The notes beneath the pieces are model-generated. The model was given only the letters and a program-made list of their open reading frames with translations. It did no database searches and was not told where the DNA came from. A program made the translations under genes and the position numbers. From Deferribacterales bacterium (GTDB lineage: Bacteria > Chrysiogenota > Deferribacteres > Deferribacterales > Geovibrionaceae), in contig JBFWJG010000007.1 in assembly GCA_050253335.1 (NCBI GenBank), positions 1 to 60,538 on the forward strand: a stretch of DNA of 60,538 bases. Direction: 5' to 3'. This document shows positions 36,979-45,767 of the stretch, in pieces. Numbering within the stretch: position 1 is the first letter of the stretch; each line of letters begins with the position of its first letter.

Positions 36979-38356
36979 GTTCCTTAGCTTTTTTGCGCAA
37001 TGTGTTCCTGTTTATCCCCAGCAGTTTGGCAGATACGGACTTATTTCCGTCCGTTCTTTCCAGAACCGCGCGCATAAGGGGGAACTCAACAATTTTCATA
37101 TACTCCTCAAAGGCGTTGTAGCTCTCTGAGAGTGTTTCCGATTCCACGATGTTTGAAGCCAGCTTATACAGCTCATCCGAAAGACATGAGGCGTCCTTCT
37201 CCTGAGCGGTGCTGAAAATCTTCTGCGGGAGTCCCTGCCTTGTTATCTCGTCCGTGTCGGTGTTAACAATGGCGTACTGGATAATATTTTCCAGTTCTCT
37301 GATGTTTCCGGGCCAGCGGTATTTGGCCATGGCGCCGAGGGCCTCGCTGCTTATTTTAAGCACCCTGTTTTTTATATTTTTGTACTTTCTCAGGAAATGC
37401 CCCGCGAGGTAGGGGATGTCCTCTTTTCTGTCTCTGAGAGGCGGAAGCTCAATGGAGACAACATTCAGCCTGTAAAAAAGGTCTTCACGGAACTTGCCGT
37501 TTTCCACAAGCCCTTCCAGATTTTTGTTGGAAGCGGCGATGATCCTTGTGTCCAGTTTGACGGTGCGGCTGGAGCCCACAGGGTTTATCTCTTTTTCCTG
37601 AATGACTCTCAGAAGCTTGGACTGGAGAGAAAAGTCCATCTCGGAGATTTCATCAAGAAAAATGGTTCCGCCGTTTGCTTCCTCAAACTTGCCTTTCTTA
37701 TCAGTGACCGCACCTGTGAATGAGCCTTTTGAGTGGCCGAAAAGCTCGCTCTCCATAAGGTCGGAAGGGATAGCCGCCATGTTGATCGGCACGAAAGGCT
37801 TGTCGCTGCGGTTGCTCATTTCGTGTATCATGTGGGCGATGACTTCCTTGCCCGTACCGGATTCGCCGCAGATCAGGACATTTATGTTCGCGCCGGAGAT
37901 TTTTCCTATGAGCTTGTAAATTTCGAGCATTTTGCGGTTTTTCGTTTCAAAGTCGTAGCCCGCGCCCTCAGCTTCGTCAGTTTCCCCGTGAGCTCCGGAG
38001 AGGTTCAGAATCTTTGTCCTGAGTTCCGCAAGGTCGAAGGGTTTGGGGAAGAAGTCGGTCGCTCCGGACTTGATGCTTTCAATAACGTTGGAGCCTGTGT
38101 CCTGCGCGGTCATGATTATGAAGTGTACGTGCGGATAAGTCTTTGACCACTCCCGCACCAGTGAAATACCGTTGCTGTCGCCCAGAAAAAGATCAACAAA
38201 GCATATGGACGCCCCGCCGGAGGAAAGCACAGCCGCCCCGTCCGCCGGGTTATCAGTTGTCGTCACGCTTATTTTATCGTCTTCAAGCCCTTCCTTAAAG
38301 AGCCACAGAATATTTTCCTCATCATCGATCACTAAAACTCTGATTCTGTCCTTCAT
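36965..38356 (-). CDS. NtrC-family sigma54-dependent response regulator
   Basis: Receiver, GESGTGKE, ESELFGH, GSFTGA, FLDEI, WPGNIREL, Fis-type HTH. Confidence 0.92.
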   Translation of the reverse strand: MKDRIRVLVIDDEENILWLFKEGLEDDKISVTTTDNPADGAAVLSSGGASICFVDLFLGDSNGISLVREWSKTYPHVHFIIMTAQDTGSNVIESIKSGATDFFPKPFDLAELRTKILNLSGAHGETDEAEGAGYDFETKNRKMLEIYKLIGKISGANINVLICGESGTGKEVIAHMIHEMSNRSDKPFVPINMAAIPSDLMESELFGHSKGSFTGAVTDKKGKFEEANGGTIFLDEISEMDFSLQSKLLRVIQEKEINPVGSSRTVKLDTRIIAASNKNLEGLVENGKFREDLFYRLNVVSIELPPLRDRKEDIPYLAGHFLRKYKNIKNRVLKISSEALGAMAKYRWPGNIRELENIIQYAIVNTDTDEITRQGLPQKIFSTAQEKDASCLSDELYKLASNIVESETLSESYNAFEEYMKIVEFPLMRAVLERTDGNKSVSAKLLGINRNTLRKKAKEHGFD

Positions 38357-38650
38357 TCCTGTTTCCCGAAAAGATGCAGATTACACTGCCTATTTATTAT
38401 GCACTTTTATAATCTACCCAATTAAAGGCAGTTCCGCCAGTGTTTACTGTAAACCAGGAGTCTTTTCTTTTACCGCGGAATAAAACAGCGGCAAAAAAAC
38501 TTCCGGATTTATTCGCTTCCGCGAGGGATACTCTACATATAAATAACCAGCTTAATGCAGACTATTCCTTTTACTGATAACCACATAGTTTATATTGTAT
38601 TATTTCCTGATTAAAGTTATTATTAGGTAATACACATTCGGAAACACACA

Positions 38651-39910
38651 ATGAAAATTGAACGTAAACTGCATATCTCAGAATTAAAGACAGGGATGAC
38701 CGTTGTCAGGACAGACAAGGAAGGACTGCACTTTCCCTTCTTTGAGAAACAGCTTACGGACACCCGCCCTGTGAATGTCCTGAAAAACTCCGGCGTGACA
38801 TACGTATACATCCTCGAAGAGAAAGAAGACGAAGACGATAAGGAAGGCGAACTCTCCGGCAAACTCACGGAAATGCTCGGCAGTAATCTTGAAAGCTCCG
38901 ACTGCTACCTCATCGACTCCGCCCCCGCCATCAGCGACATAATTCAGGCAAGGGCAATCTTTGAGAGCATACGCGGCAAAGCGAGAGAACTCCTCGGCGC
39001 AGTAAAAGCCGAAGGGCGCGTCAACACCCGTGCGGCGGGAGAGATAACAGGCGAGCTTGTTGAAGTCAGCAGTTCCAGACCGGGCATCTTCACCGCAATG
39101 ACCCATCTTAAAAATCAGGACGACTACACATACAGCCACTCCCTGAACGTAGCGGTGATTTCCCTCGCCCTTGGGAAACGTCTGGGAAAAACCGCTGACG
39201 AACTCAAAGTCATATGCCTCAGCGGCCTTCTGCACGATGTGGGGATGACCCGAATAAGCGACAGGATAATACAGAAACCGGGCAAACTTACCGATGAGGA
39301 ATACGCGGAAATCAAAAAGCACTCGGAATACGGCTACAAAATCATCTCCTCAAGCGACGGGCTTCCTCAGGAAGCAGCCGCAGTTGCGCTTCAGCACCAC
39401 GAAAAATCCGACGGAAGCGGCTATCCGCTAGGGCTGAGCGAGAGGCAGATAAGCAATATAACAAAAATTGTTTCAATCGCTGATGTTTATGACGCCATAA
39501 CAAGCAAAAAGTCTTATAACCACGAGAGAACTCCGTCTGAGGCGCTGAAAATACTTTTCAGCTGGTCGGGCAAGCACTTCAACGAGACTCTGGTGAAATT
39601 TTTCATCAACACCATAGGGATTTACCCGGTGGGAACCCTTGTTATGCTGGATTCCGGAGAGCTGGGCATAATTCTGGAGCCGAACAAAAAAGATCTCACC
39701 CGACCCAAGGTTCTCGTTATTACCGATGAAAAAAGAGAAAAGCTTGATAAATCACATATATTCGATCTTGCGCGCTATGATCTCAAGACAATGAAGCCCA
39801 TCAAAACAATAGTTTCCTCCCTGAACCCCAAACAGCACGGCATAAGCACTGAACAGGAGCTGGACAGGTTCGCGAAGCGCTTTAAGAACGCCGTGCGGGA
39901 AGCCCTGTAA
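38651..39910 (+). CDS. HD-GYP phosphodiesterase with DUF3391-like N-terminus
   Basis: ISELKTGM, YTYSHSLNV, LHDVG, HHEKSDGSGYPLG, IADVYDA, YPVGTLV. Confidence 0.9.
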   Translation: MKIERKLHISELKTGMTVVRTDKEGLHFPFFEKQLTDTRPVNVLKNSGVTYVYILEEKEDEDDKEGELSGKLTEMLGSNLESSDCYLIDSAPAISDIIQARAIFESIRGKARELLGAVKAEGRVNTRAAGEITGELVEVSSSRPGIFTAMTHLKNQDDYTYSHSLNVAVISLALGKRLGKTADELKVICLSGLLHDVGMTRISDRIIQKPGKLTDEEYAEIKKHSEYGYKIISSSDGLPQEAAAVALQHHEKSDGSGYPLGLSERQISNITKIVSIADVYDAITSKKSYNHERTPSEALKILFSWSGKHFNETLVKFFINTIGIYPVGTLVMLDSGELGIILEPNKKDLTRPKVLVITDEKREKLDKSHIFDLARYDLKTMKPIKTIVSSLNPKQHGISTEQELDRFAKRFKNAVREAL

Positions 39911-39921
39911 ATAAAAGGCTT

Positions 39922-40224
39922 TCAGGCTGTTTTTACTTCGTAATCCTCAACATTAACGCAAATATAGCAAATTTTGCCCGTCTCGGGGCATCTGCCGGCC
40001 CTGTAGACTTCGCTTGCCTTGAACTCATTTTCCATAGCCTCATCAACAGCATCGGAAACGGCTTTCATAAAAGCTTCGGGAGAATCCACAAAAGAGAGAT
40101 CCGCAAATTTCAGTTTTTCCTTAAACTCATCCTTTCCGCAGGAACGGATAAACTCTTTGCTGTAATCAAAACTGAAAACTCCCGGAGCCGTTTTTTCACC
40201 TAAAAACAGCTTGATATACATCAA
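39922..40224 (-). CDS. Hypothetical protein
   Basis: 100 aa; GGAG RBS; C-terminal CPETG..C..C. Confidence 0.6.
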   Translation of the reverse strand: MMYIKLFLGEKTAPGVFSFDYSKEFIRSCGKDEFKEKLKFADLSFVDSPEAFMKAVSDAVDEAMENEFKASEVYRAGRCPETGKICYICVNVEDYEVKTA

Positions 40225-40556
40225 GTCAACTCCGTCAATAAAATTAGCGCCTGTATATATAAACTGAAAAACCAGCTAAATATCAAAAATTTAAAATAAT
40301 GCAAGTCTTCGCCGTATATTTAATATTATATCATATGACAAGCGAAGGTAAAAATAAATCAGAAAAAAGCCCCGCTCCCGTTCGGCAGGAGCGTCTTTTT
40401 AATAATACCTCATTATCCGGAAAAAGTTAAATCAAATAAATTTATTTTTTGTTCTAAATCCTACAGGAATGCTTCTTTCACAGGTTCCTGTAAATAGTTT
40501 AGGCGCGGTTTAAAGCGTCTATTGCCGAACAGCCCGCTTTGGAGTATAAAGTTCGA

Positions 40557-41327
40557 ATGGCACTAGGCGTTTTTGACTCAGGAATCGGCGGACTCACAGT
40601 TTTCAAATCCATAGCGGAGCATTTTCCCGCCCTTGATATCTATTATCTCGGGGATACTGCCCGCGTTCCCTACGGAAGCAAATCACCGGAAACAATCATA
40701 AGCTACAGTCTGGAGTGCGCGGAATACCTCATAACCAGATGCGGGGCGGAGGCAATTGTCATCGCCTGCAACACTGCATCGTCCTATGCTGTTGACATAA
40801 TTGCCGAAAAATTCCGTGTTCCCGTGACAGGTGTCGTTCTGCCCGGAGCGGAACAGGCTCTCAGGGCTTCCAAAAAAGGGAAAATAGGCGTAATCGGAAC
40901 CAGAGCCACCATCCGCAGCGGTTCATACCGCGCCGCCCTTGAAACCATGTCCGAGATTGAGCTTGATATATATGAAAACGCCTGCCCGCTTTTCGTTCCC
41001 ATAGTGGAGGAGATGATGACGGAAAGCCCCATTGCGGAGCTTGCCGTGAAAATGTATCTGGACGAACTCAGCAAAAAAGGGGTGGATACCCTTGTTCTCG
41101 GCTGCACTCACTATCCTCTGCTTAAAAACACCATCACAAAACTCTACCCGCAGTTCAACATTGTGGATTCATCCGAAGTGATAATAGAGCATCTCATAAA
41201 AAGCGGACTGAACACAGGCGGCAGGGGGATAAGGAAGCTTTTCTTCACTGATGAATCCCCCGCTATGGAACTGCTCAGAAACGAGCTGGCAGCGGGAGCG
41301 CCGGCGGAGATAATAAGCCTCGCCTGA
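40557..41327 (+). CDS. murI: Glutamate racemase
   Basis: GVFDSGIGGL, DTARVPYG, ACNTAS, LGCTHYP. Confidence 0.95.
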   Translation: MALGVFDSGIGGLTVFKSIAEHFPALDIYYLGDTARVPYGSKSPETIISYSLECAEYLITRCGAEAIVIACNTASSYAVDIIAEKFRVPVTGVVLPGAEQALRASKKGKIGVIGTRATIRSGSYRAALETMSEIELDIYENACPLFVPIVEEMMTESPIAELAVKMYLDELSKKGVDTLVLGCTHYPLLKNTITKLYPQFNIVDSSEVIIEHLIKSGLNTGGRGIRKLFFTDESPAMELLRNELAAGAPAEIISLA

Positions 41328-41328
41328 T

Positions 41329-41601
41329 TTATTTTCCTATATACATGTGAAGATTGCCGAAAATTGAGGCACTGTAGGAAACCATCTTCTGAAGCATCCA
41401 CGGCGCAAAAACTATAACCGCCACAACCACAGCGACAATTTTCGGAATAAACGAAAGAGTCATCTCCTGAATCTGCGTAACCGACTGAAAAATACTGACA
41501 ATAAGCCCCACCGCAAGCCCGAAAATCAGCATGGGCGAAGCTATAAGCAGAGACATTTTAAGGGCATCGGATAGAAGGGCAATAACCGTGTCTGAAGTCA
41601 T
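41329..41601 (-). CDS. fliQ: Flagellar export protein FliQ
   Basis: VGLIVSIFQSVTQIQEMTLSFIPK. Confidence 0.95.
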   Translation of the reverse strand: MTSDTVIALLSDALKMSLLIASPMLIFGLAVGLIVSIFQSVTQIQEMTLSFIPKIVAVVVAVIVFAPWMLQKMVSYSASIFGNLHMYIGK

Positions 41602-41625
41602 TTTTCACCTGAATCCAGTCTAGCA

Positions 41626-42342
41626 CTACATGAAGCTTTTCACAAGGGACGAGACAATAAGCCCCCAGCCGTCCACAAGGACGAAAAGCAGTATCTTGAA
41701 CGGAACGGAGATCATTATAGGCGGCAGCATCATCATACCCATCGAGAGTAGAACGCTCGCCACCACGAAGTCTATGATAAGAAAAGGCAGAAACAGCAGG
41801 AAACCCATCTGAAAAGCGGTCTGAAGCTCACTGACTACAAATGAGGACAAAAGCACAAAATCGGGGATTTCATCCACGGTTTTCGGCTTTTCTCCGCCTG
41901 CTATATCAATGAACATCCTCATGTCCTGCTTGCGGGTGTTTTTAATCATGAACTCGCGGAAAGGCTTCTTCACCTCGGACAGCATCTCCGTGAAGCCCAT
42001 CTGCTCCGCGAAATAAGGCTGAAGCCCCTTCTCATAAGCCTGATTGAACACCGGAGTCATTATGAAAAAAGTAAGAAACAGCGCAAGCCCCACCAGAACC
42101 TGATTAGGGGGCATCTGCTGGGTTCCCATGGCTGTTCTCAGGAAAGAGAAGACAATGAGTATCCTCGTAAAAGAGGTCATGAGTATGAGAATTGAGGGCG
42201 CAAGTGTAACGATAGTTATAAAAAAGATGATCTGGAGGGTAACCGCCACATCATCAGGATTCTGCGCGGCCTCAAGCCCGAAACGGAATGCGGGGAAAGG
42301 TACAGGATCCGCAGCTATGGCGCCCAGCGGAGCCAGAAGCAT
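41626..42342 (-). CDS. fliP: Flagellar export protein FliP (true start possibly ATC 42375)
   Basis: MTSFTRI, QQMPPNQVL, SELQTAFQMG, MGMMMLPP, FVLVDGW. Confidence 0.95.
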   Translation of the reverse strand: MLLAPLGAIAADPVPFPAFRFGLEAAQNPDDVAVTLQIIFFITIVTLAPSILILMTSFTRILIVFSFLRTAMGTQQMPPNQVLVGLALFLTFFIMTPVFNQAYEKGLQPYFAEQMGFTEMLSEVKKPFREFMIKNTRKQDMRMFIDIAGGEKPKTVDEIPDFVLLSSFVVSELQTAFQMGFLLFLPFLIIDFVVASVLLSMGMMMLPPIMISVPFKILLFVLVDGWGLIVSSLVKSFM

Positions 42343-42356
42343 TAAAAGGGTGAAAA

Positions 42357-43142
42357 TCAGCGTTTTTTTATTGATTTCAGTTTCTCCCTGATTATGTTCC
42401 TTGATGCGTCAAGATCCGTTCTCACGTCAGATCCTTTTGAAAAGAAGTTCAGATATGAGCCGAACTCCCCCTTTCTCGCGAAGCCTGATTTAATTCTGTT
42501 CACTTCCGCTTCGTCGGTGACTTTTTCAATGAGGTTTACGGACATGTCGGTAACGCCGAAGATGTAAACGGCATCTCCTAGTTCGTAAAAGAAAAGGCTT
42601 TTGCGTATTTCCAGATCAACCTTGCCCAGAAGCCTTCCTGAACCGGGAAGCTCGGAAAGCACCCTTCTGGAAAGCATCCTGCGGGTAAGCCAGTATATTA
42701 TCAGAATGAGCACAATAACAAAGGCGAGTCCGGTAACCATGCGGACATAAGCGCCGGTTCCGGTCGCAGCAGGAGCGGGCGCAGCAGGAGCGAATGAGAA
42801 GAGAACCGTCATCCCCTTTTCGGCTGTTTCAATTTTCGGCTCTTCCGCAGAAGCGGTGAAATCCACAATGAGCTTCTTCCTGTCCCCTTCGGCGTGTATA
42901 TATGCCTGAGAAACCGGAGAATCCCAGAACTCTTCGGAATAAACAGCCTCCTCTGCGGTCTGGAAGCTGATTATAAATGATTTATCAAGTTTTATTACAT
43001 TTACGTCGGAATAGCCCTTTTCAAACTGAACTGAGATTTTCAGAGAGCTGTCAGTAAGCTCCGACTTGACCTCCGCAGAATAAGCGGGGATTGAACACAG
43101 AAATATCAGGAAAGCGGCGCACAGGAGCCGGATTTTAGCCAT
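42357..43142 (-). CDS. fliO: Flagellar biogenesis protein FliO (with periplasmic N-terminal domain)
   Basis: Signal peptide, periplasmic domain, TM, FliO-like cytoplasmic domain; lies between fliN and fliP. Confidence 0.75.
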   Translation of the reverse strand: MAKIRLLCAAFLIFLCSIPAYSAEVKSELTDSSLKISVQFEKGYSDVNVIKLDKSFIISFQTAEEAVYSEEFWDSPVSQAYIHAEGDRKKLIVDFTASAEEPKIETAEKGMTVLFSFAPAAPAPAATGTGAYVRMVTGLAFVIVLILIIYWLTRRMLSRRVLSELPGSGRLLGKVDLEIRKSLFFYELGDAVYIFGVTDMSVNLIEKVTDEAEVNRIKSGFARKGEFGSYLNFFSKGSDVRTDLDASRNIIREKLKSIKKR

Positions 43143-43416
43143 AGATTCCGTCTTTGTACATTTCGGTGAGTTTTTCCTTGTCCAGTATCTCGGTTATTCG
43201 TATGGCAAACCTGTCATCCAGAACCATAACCTCGCCGAGAGCCAGAGGCTTGTTGTTCACGAGGAAATCCACCGGCTCGCCGGAGGTTTTGTTGAACTTT
43301 AGGATTGTTCCCTTCTCCCAGTTCAGCATTTCCCTTATGGACACTTTTTTTCTTCCTAGCTCGACCCTTATCTCAAAGAGAACTTCGCCGAACTGGTTTC
43401 TGGCATGTTCTATCAT
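43135..43416 (-). CDS. fliN: Flagellar motor switch protein FliN
   Basis: SpoA domain: VELGR, GEPVDFLVN, GEVMV, FAIRITEI. Confidence 0.88.
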   Translation of the reverse strand: MIEHARNQFGEVLFEIRVELGRKKVSIREMLNWEKGTILKFNKTSGEPVDFLVNNKPLALGEVMVLDDRFAIRITEILDKEKLTEMYKDGIYG

Positions 43417-43425
43417 TAAAACCCC

Positions 43426-43950
43426 TTACTGGATAACGAACTCTGTGACGTAGACATTTGCTATCTGCCCGGCGGCGAGGAGAGAGTTGATTCTCCTCAT
43501 TATCTGCTGTTTCATTATCATTTTGCCCTGAGCGGAATTTATCTCCTCATAGCGTTTTGATGAGAGGATTGTGATTATGGCGTCCCTGATCTGCGGAGCA
43601 CGCTTGTCTATCTCTTCCTTGAGCCCTTTCACAGCAGTCAGTTCAAGCTGGAGGGTAACACGGAGATACCTGCTCCCGCCCGGATCCGCGAGATTAACCA
43701 CAAATGACTCAAGGGGGTAAAGCTCGCCGATCTGAGTGACTGTCTCTGTCTGGGGAGCGTCTGTCTGGCTCTGGGCAGCGGTCTGCTGGCCGGCCTGCGG
43801 AGAAGGCTTCGGTTTGAGAAAAAGAAAATAAGCCGCTGCGCCCCCGCCTCCGAGCAGTACTAAAACAAGAAGGATGATAATGATCAGTTTAAGCTTAGAC
43901 TTTTTCTTCCCACCCTGCTCGGGCTGGGTGTCTTTTTCTTCTGCCGCCAT
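43426..43950 (-). CDS. fliL: Flagellar basal-body protein FliL
   Basis: Single TM, FVVNLAD, IRDAI, VYVTEFVIQ. Confidence 0.92.
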   Translation of the reverse strand: MAAEEKDTQPEQGGKKKSKLKLIIIILLVLVLLGGGGAAAYFLFLKPKPSPQAGQQTAAQSQTDAPQTETVTQIGELYPLESFVVNLADPGGSRYLRVTLQLELTAVKGLKEEIDKRAPQIRDAIITILSSKRYEEINSAQGKMIMKQQIMRRINSLLAAGQIANVYVTEFVIQ

Positions 43951-44696
43951 TACTCTCCTCCGTTATCTTCTTCAAAAATATTTTTGTTTGTTTCCGCAAA
44001 CTCAGGACTCACAAGGTTTATCTCCACCCTGCGGTTTTTCGCCCTGTTTTCCACCGTTATGTTCGGAAGAAGCGGATGAAACTCGCCGAATCCGCCCGCG
44101 GAAAGAGTTTGAGGGTTCACACCGTCCGTAATGAGAAACCGCACCACAGAGACCGCTCTGGCCGCGGAAAGCTCCCAGTTGGAAGGGAAGCGGGCGGAGC
44201 GGGAGGGTGTGTCGTCAGTGTGCCCTTCGACATGTGTATAGTATGGGGAGTCAATTATGACCGCCCCGACCTTTCTTAAAAACGGGATCGCCTCCCCCTG
44301 CACATCCGCACTGCCCGGAGCGAACAGAAGCGAATCCAGAACTCTGATCGAGACGCCTTTTTTGGTTTCTATGACGCTGACCACCTCGGAAAGGTTCGCG
44401 GATTTCACATAGTTTCTAAGTGTTTCCGCAGTTTCAGCGTTGGAACTGCCCGTCTGCTCTATGACATTGATACGGGTCATTATGTTCTGGGCGCTCACCT
44501 CGTTGCGGCTTCCGCTCAGAAGACCGGCGGAACCCTGAAAGGAGCCCAGAGATTCAAGAATTTTCTTTTTATCCAGCGTTGACATGGAAACAAGCAGAAC
44601 AAAAAAGGTAAGAAGGAGCATGTTCATGTCTGTGAAGGTGGTCATCCACTTAGGCGCACCCTTTTCACAATCGCAGGATTTTTTCTTTCCGGACAT
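43950..44696 (-). CDS. motB: Flagellar stator MotB/PomB
   Basis: WMTTFTD TM, OmpA-like EGHTD, NWELSAARA, NRRVEI. Confidence 0.93.
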   Translation of the reverse strand: MSGKKKSCDCEKGAPKWMTTFTDMNMLLLTFFVLLVSMSTLDKKKILESLGSFQGSAGLLSGSRNEVSAQNIMTRINVIEQTGSSNAETAETLRNYVKSANLSEVVSVIETKKGVSIRVLDSLLFAPGSADVQGEAIPFLRKVGAVIIDSPYYTHVEGHTDDTPSRSARFPSNWELSAARAVSVVRFLITDGVNPQTLSAGGFGEFHPLLPNITVENRAKNRRVEINLVSPEFAETNKNIFEEDNGGE

Positions 44697-44746
44697 AAGA
44701 CTAAACCCGCCTTTATAATGCGGCGCGGCAAAAGCCCCGCCTTTAA

Positions 44747-45511
44747 TCAGTCAAACTGCGACTTACGTTTATTAGGTGAAAGATAGGCGTTCAGCTTCTG
44801 TTCAACGATTCTCGGGTTGTCTCCCGCCTGAATCGCCATGATTCCGCCGATCATGATCTGCCTCTGGAGCACTTCTTCTCCTGAGCGAACCTTCAGCTTG
44901 CCGGAGATGGGCGCGGCAAACATGTTCATTATTATTGAGCCGTAGAAAGTGGTGATCAGCGCAACGGCCATTGCAGGGCCGATGGCTGAGGGGTCGCTGA
45001 GGCTCTGAAGCATCGCCACGAGTCCCACAAGCGTACCGATCATACCCATGGCAGGAGCAAAGTCCGCAATGGCGGAGAAAATAGCCGCGCCTTCCTTATG
45101 TCTTTCCTGCATGAATTCAAGTTCGGTTTCCAGAATTGTCTTGATGACTTCGGGTTCCGTTCCGTCAACGGCAAGCCTTATCCCTTTTTTGAGAAATTCG
45201 TCCGAAACCTCGTCCTCCGCGGATTCAAGGGAAAGGATTCCGTCTCTTCTGGCTTTAACGGCAAAGCCCACAAGCTGCTGGATAAGCTCCGCCGTATCTC
45301 CGGACTTGTTGAAAAAGGCCTTCATCATCACTTTTGTGAGACCTGTGATCCTGTCCAGAGGGTAGTTGATCATTACAACACCCAGAGTACCGCCGATAAC
45401 GATAAGCACCGAAGGATAATCGACATAAACCCCTACGCCGGCACCGATAACAAGCGCGGCGACGAGGAGGATATATGCCAATAGGAACCCAACAACCGTT
45501 GCTAAATCCAT
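44747..45511 (-). CDS. motA: Flagellar stator MotA/PomA
   Basis: ARRDGILSLE, APAMGMIGTLVGLV, AVALITTFYG. Confidence 0.93.
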   Translation of the reverse strand: MDLATVVGFLLAYILLVAALVIGAGVGVYVDYPSVLIVIGGTLGVVMINYPLDRITGLTKVMMKAFFNKSGDTAELIQQLVGFAVKARRDGILSLESAEDEVSDEFLKKGIRLAVDGTEPEVIKTILETELEFMQERHKEGAAIFSAIADFAPAMGMIGTLVGLVAMLQSLSDPSAIGPAMAVALITTFYGSIIMNMFAAPISGKLKVRSGEEVLQRQIMIGGIMAIQAGDNPRIVEQKLNAYLSPNKRKSQFD

Positions 45512-45714
45512 ACATTCCCGCCCGACTGTCTACTCAAAGAATAAACTTTGATATAAACATTTTGTACTATTCTACCCTTAAAAGATACAGGAACGCCAGC
45601 AAAAGAGTCAAGCTTATTTTAAAACGCCTCTGCGCTGTGCGTCCGCAGGCAGACAACACACATCTTTAAAGGTAAATCTATGAATAAATCGTCCGTTTTG
45701 CTGTTTCTGTTAAC

Positions 45715-45741
45715 AAAAAAAGCGCCCGAAGGCGCCTTTTC
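45715..45741 (-). terminator. Terminator after flgE
   Basis: GCGCC-CGAA-GGCGC hairpin with A/T tracts on both sides. Confidence 0.65.
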
Positions 45742-45767
45742 TGACTTTTTACTGTAAAAAATGGTTA

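Noticed and set aside
45512..45767. c-di-GMP riboswitch upstream of motA
   Set aside because: No GEMM core motifs found; the region is explained by a terminator and a sigma70-like promoter.
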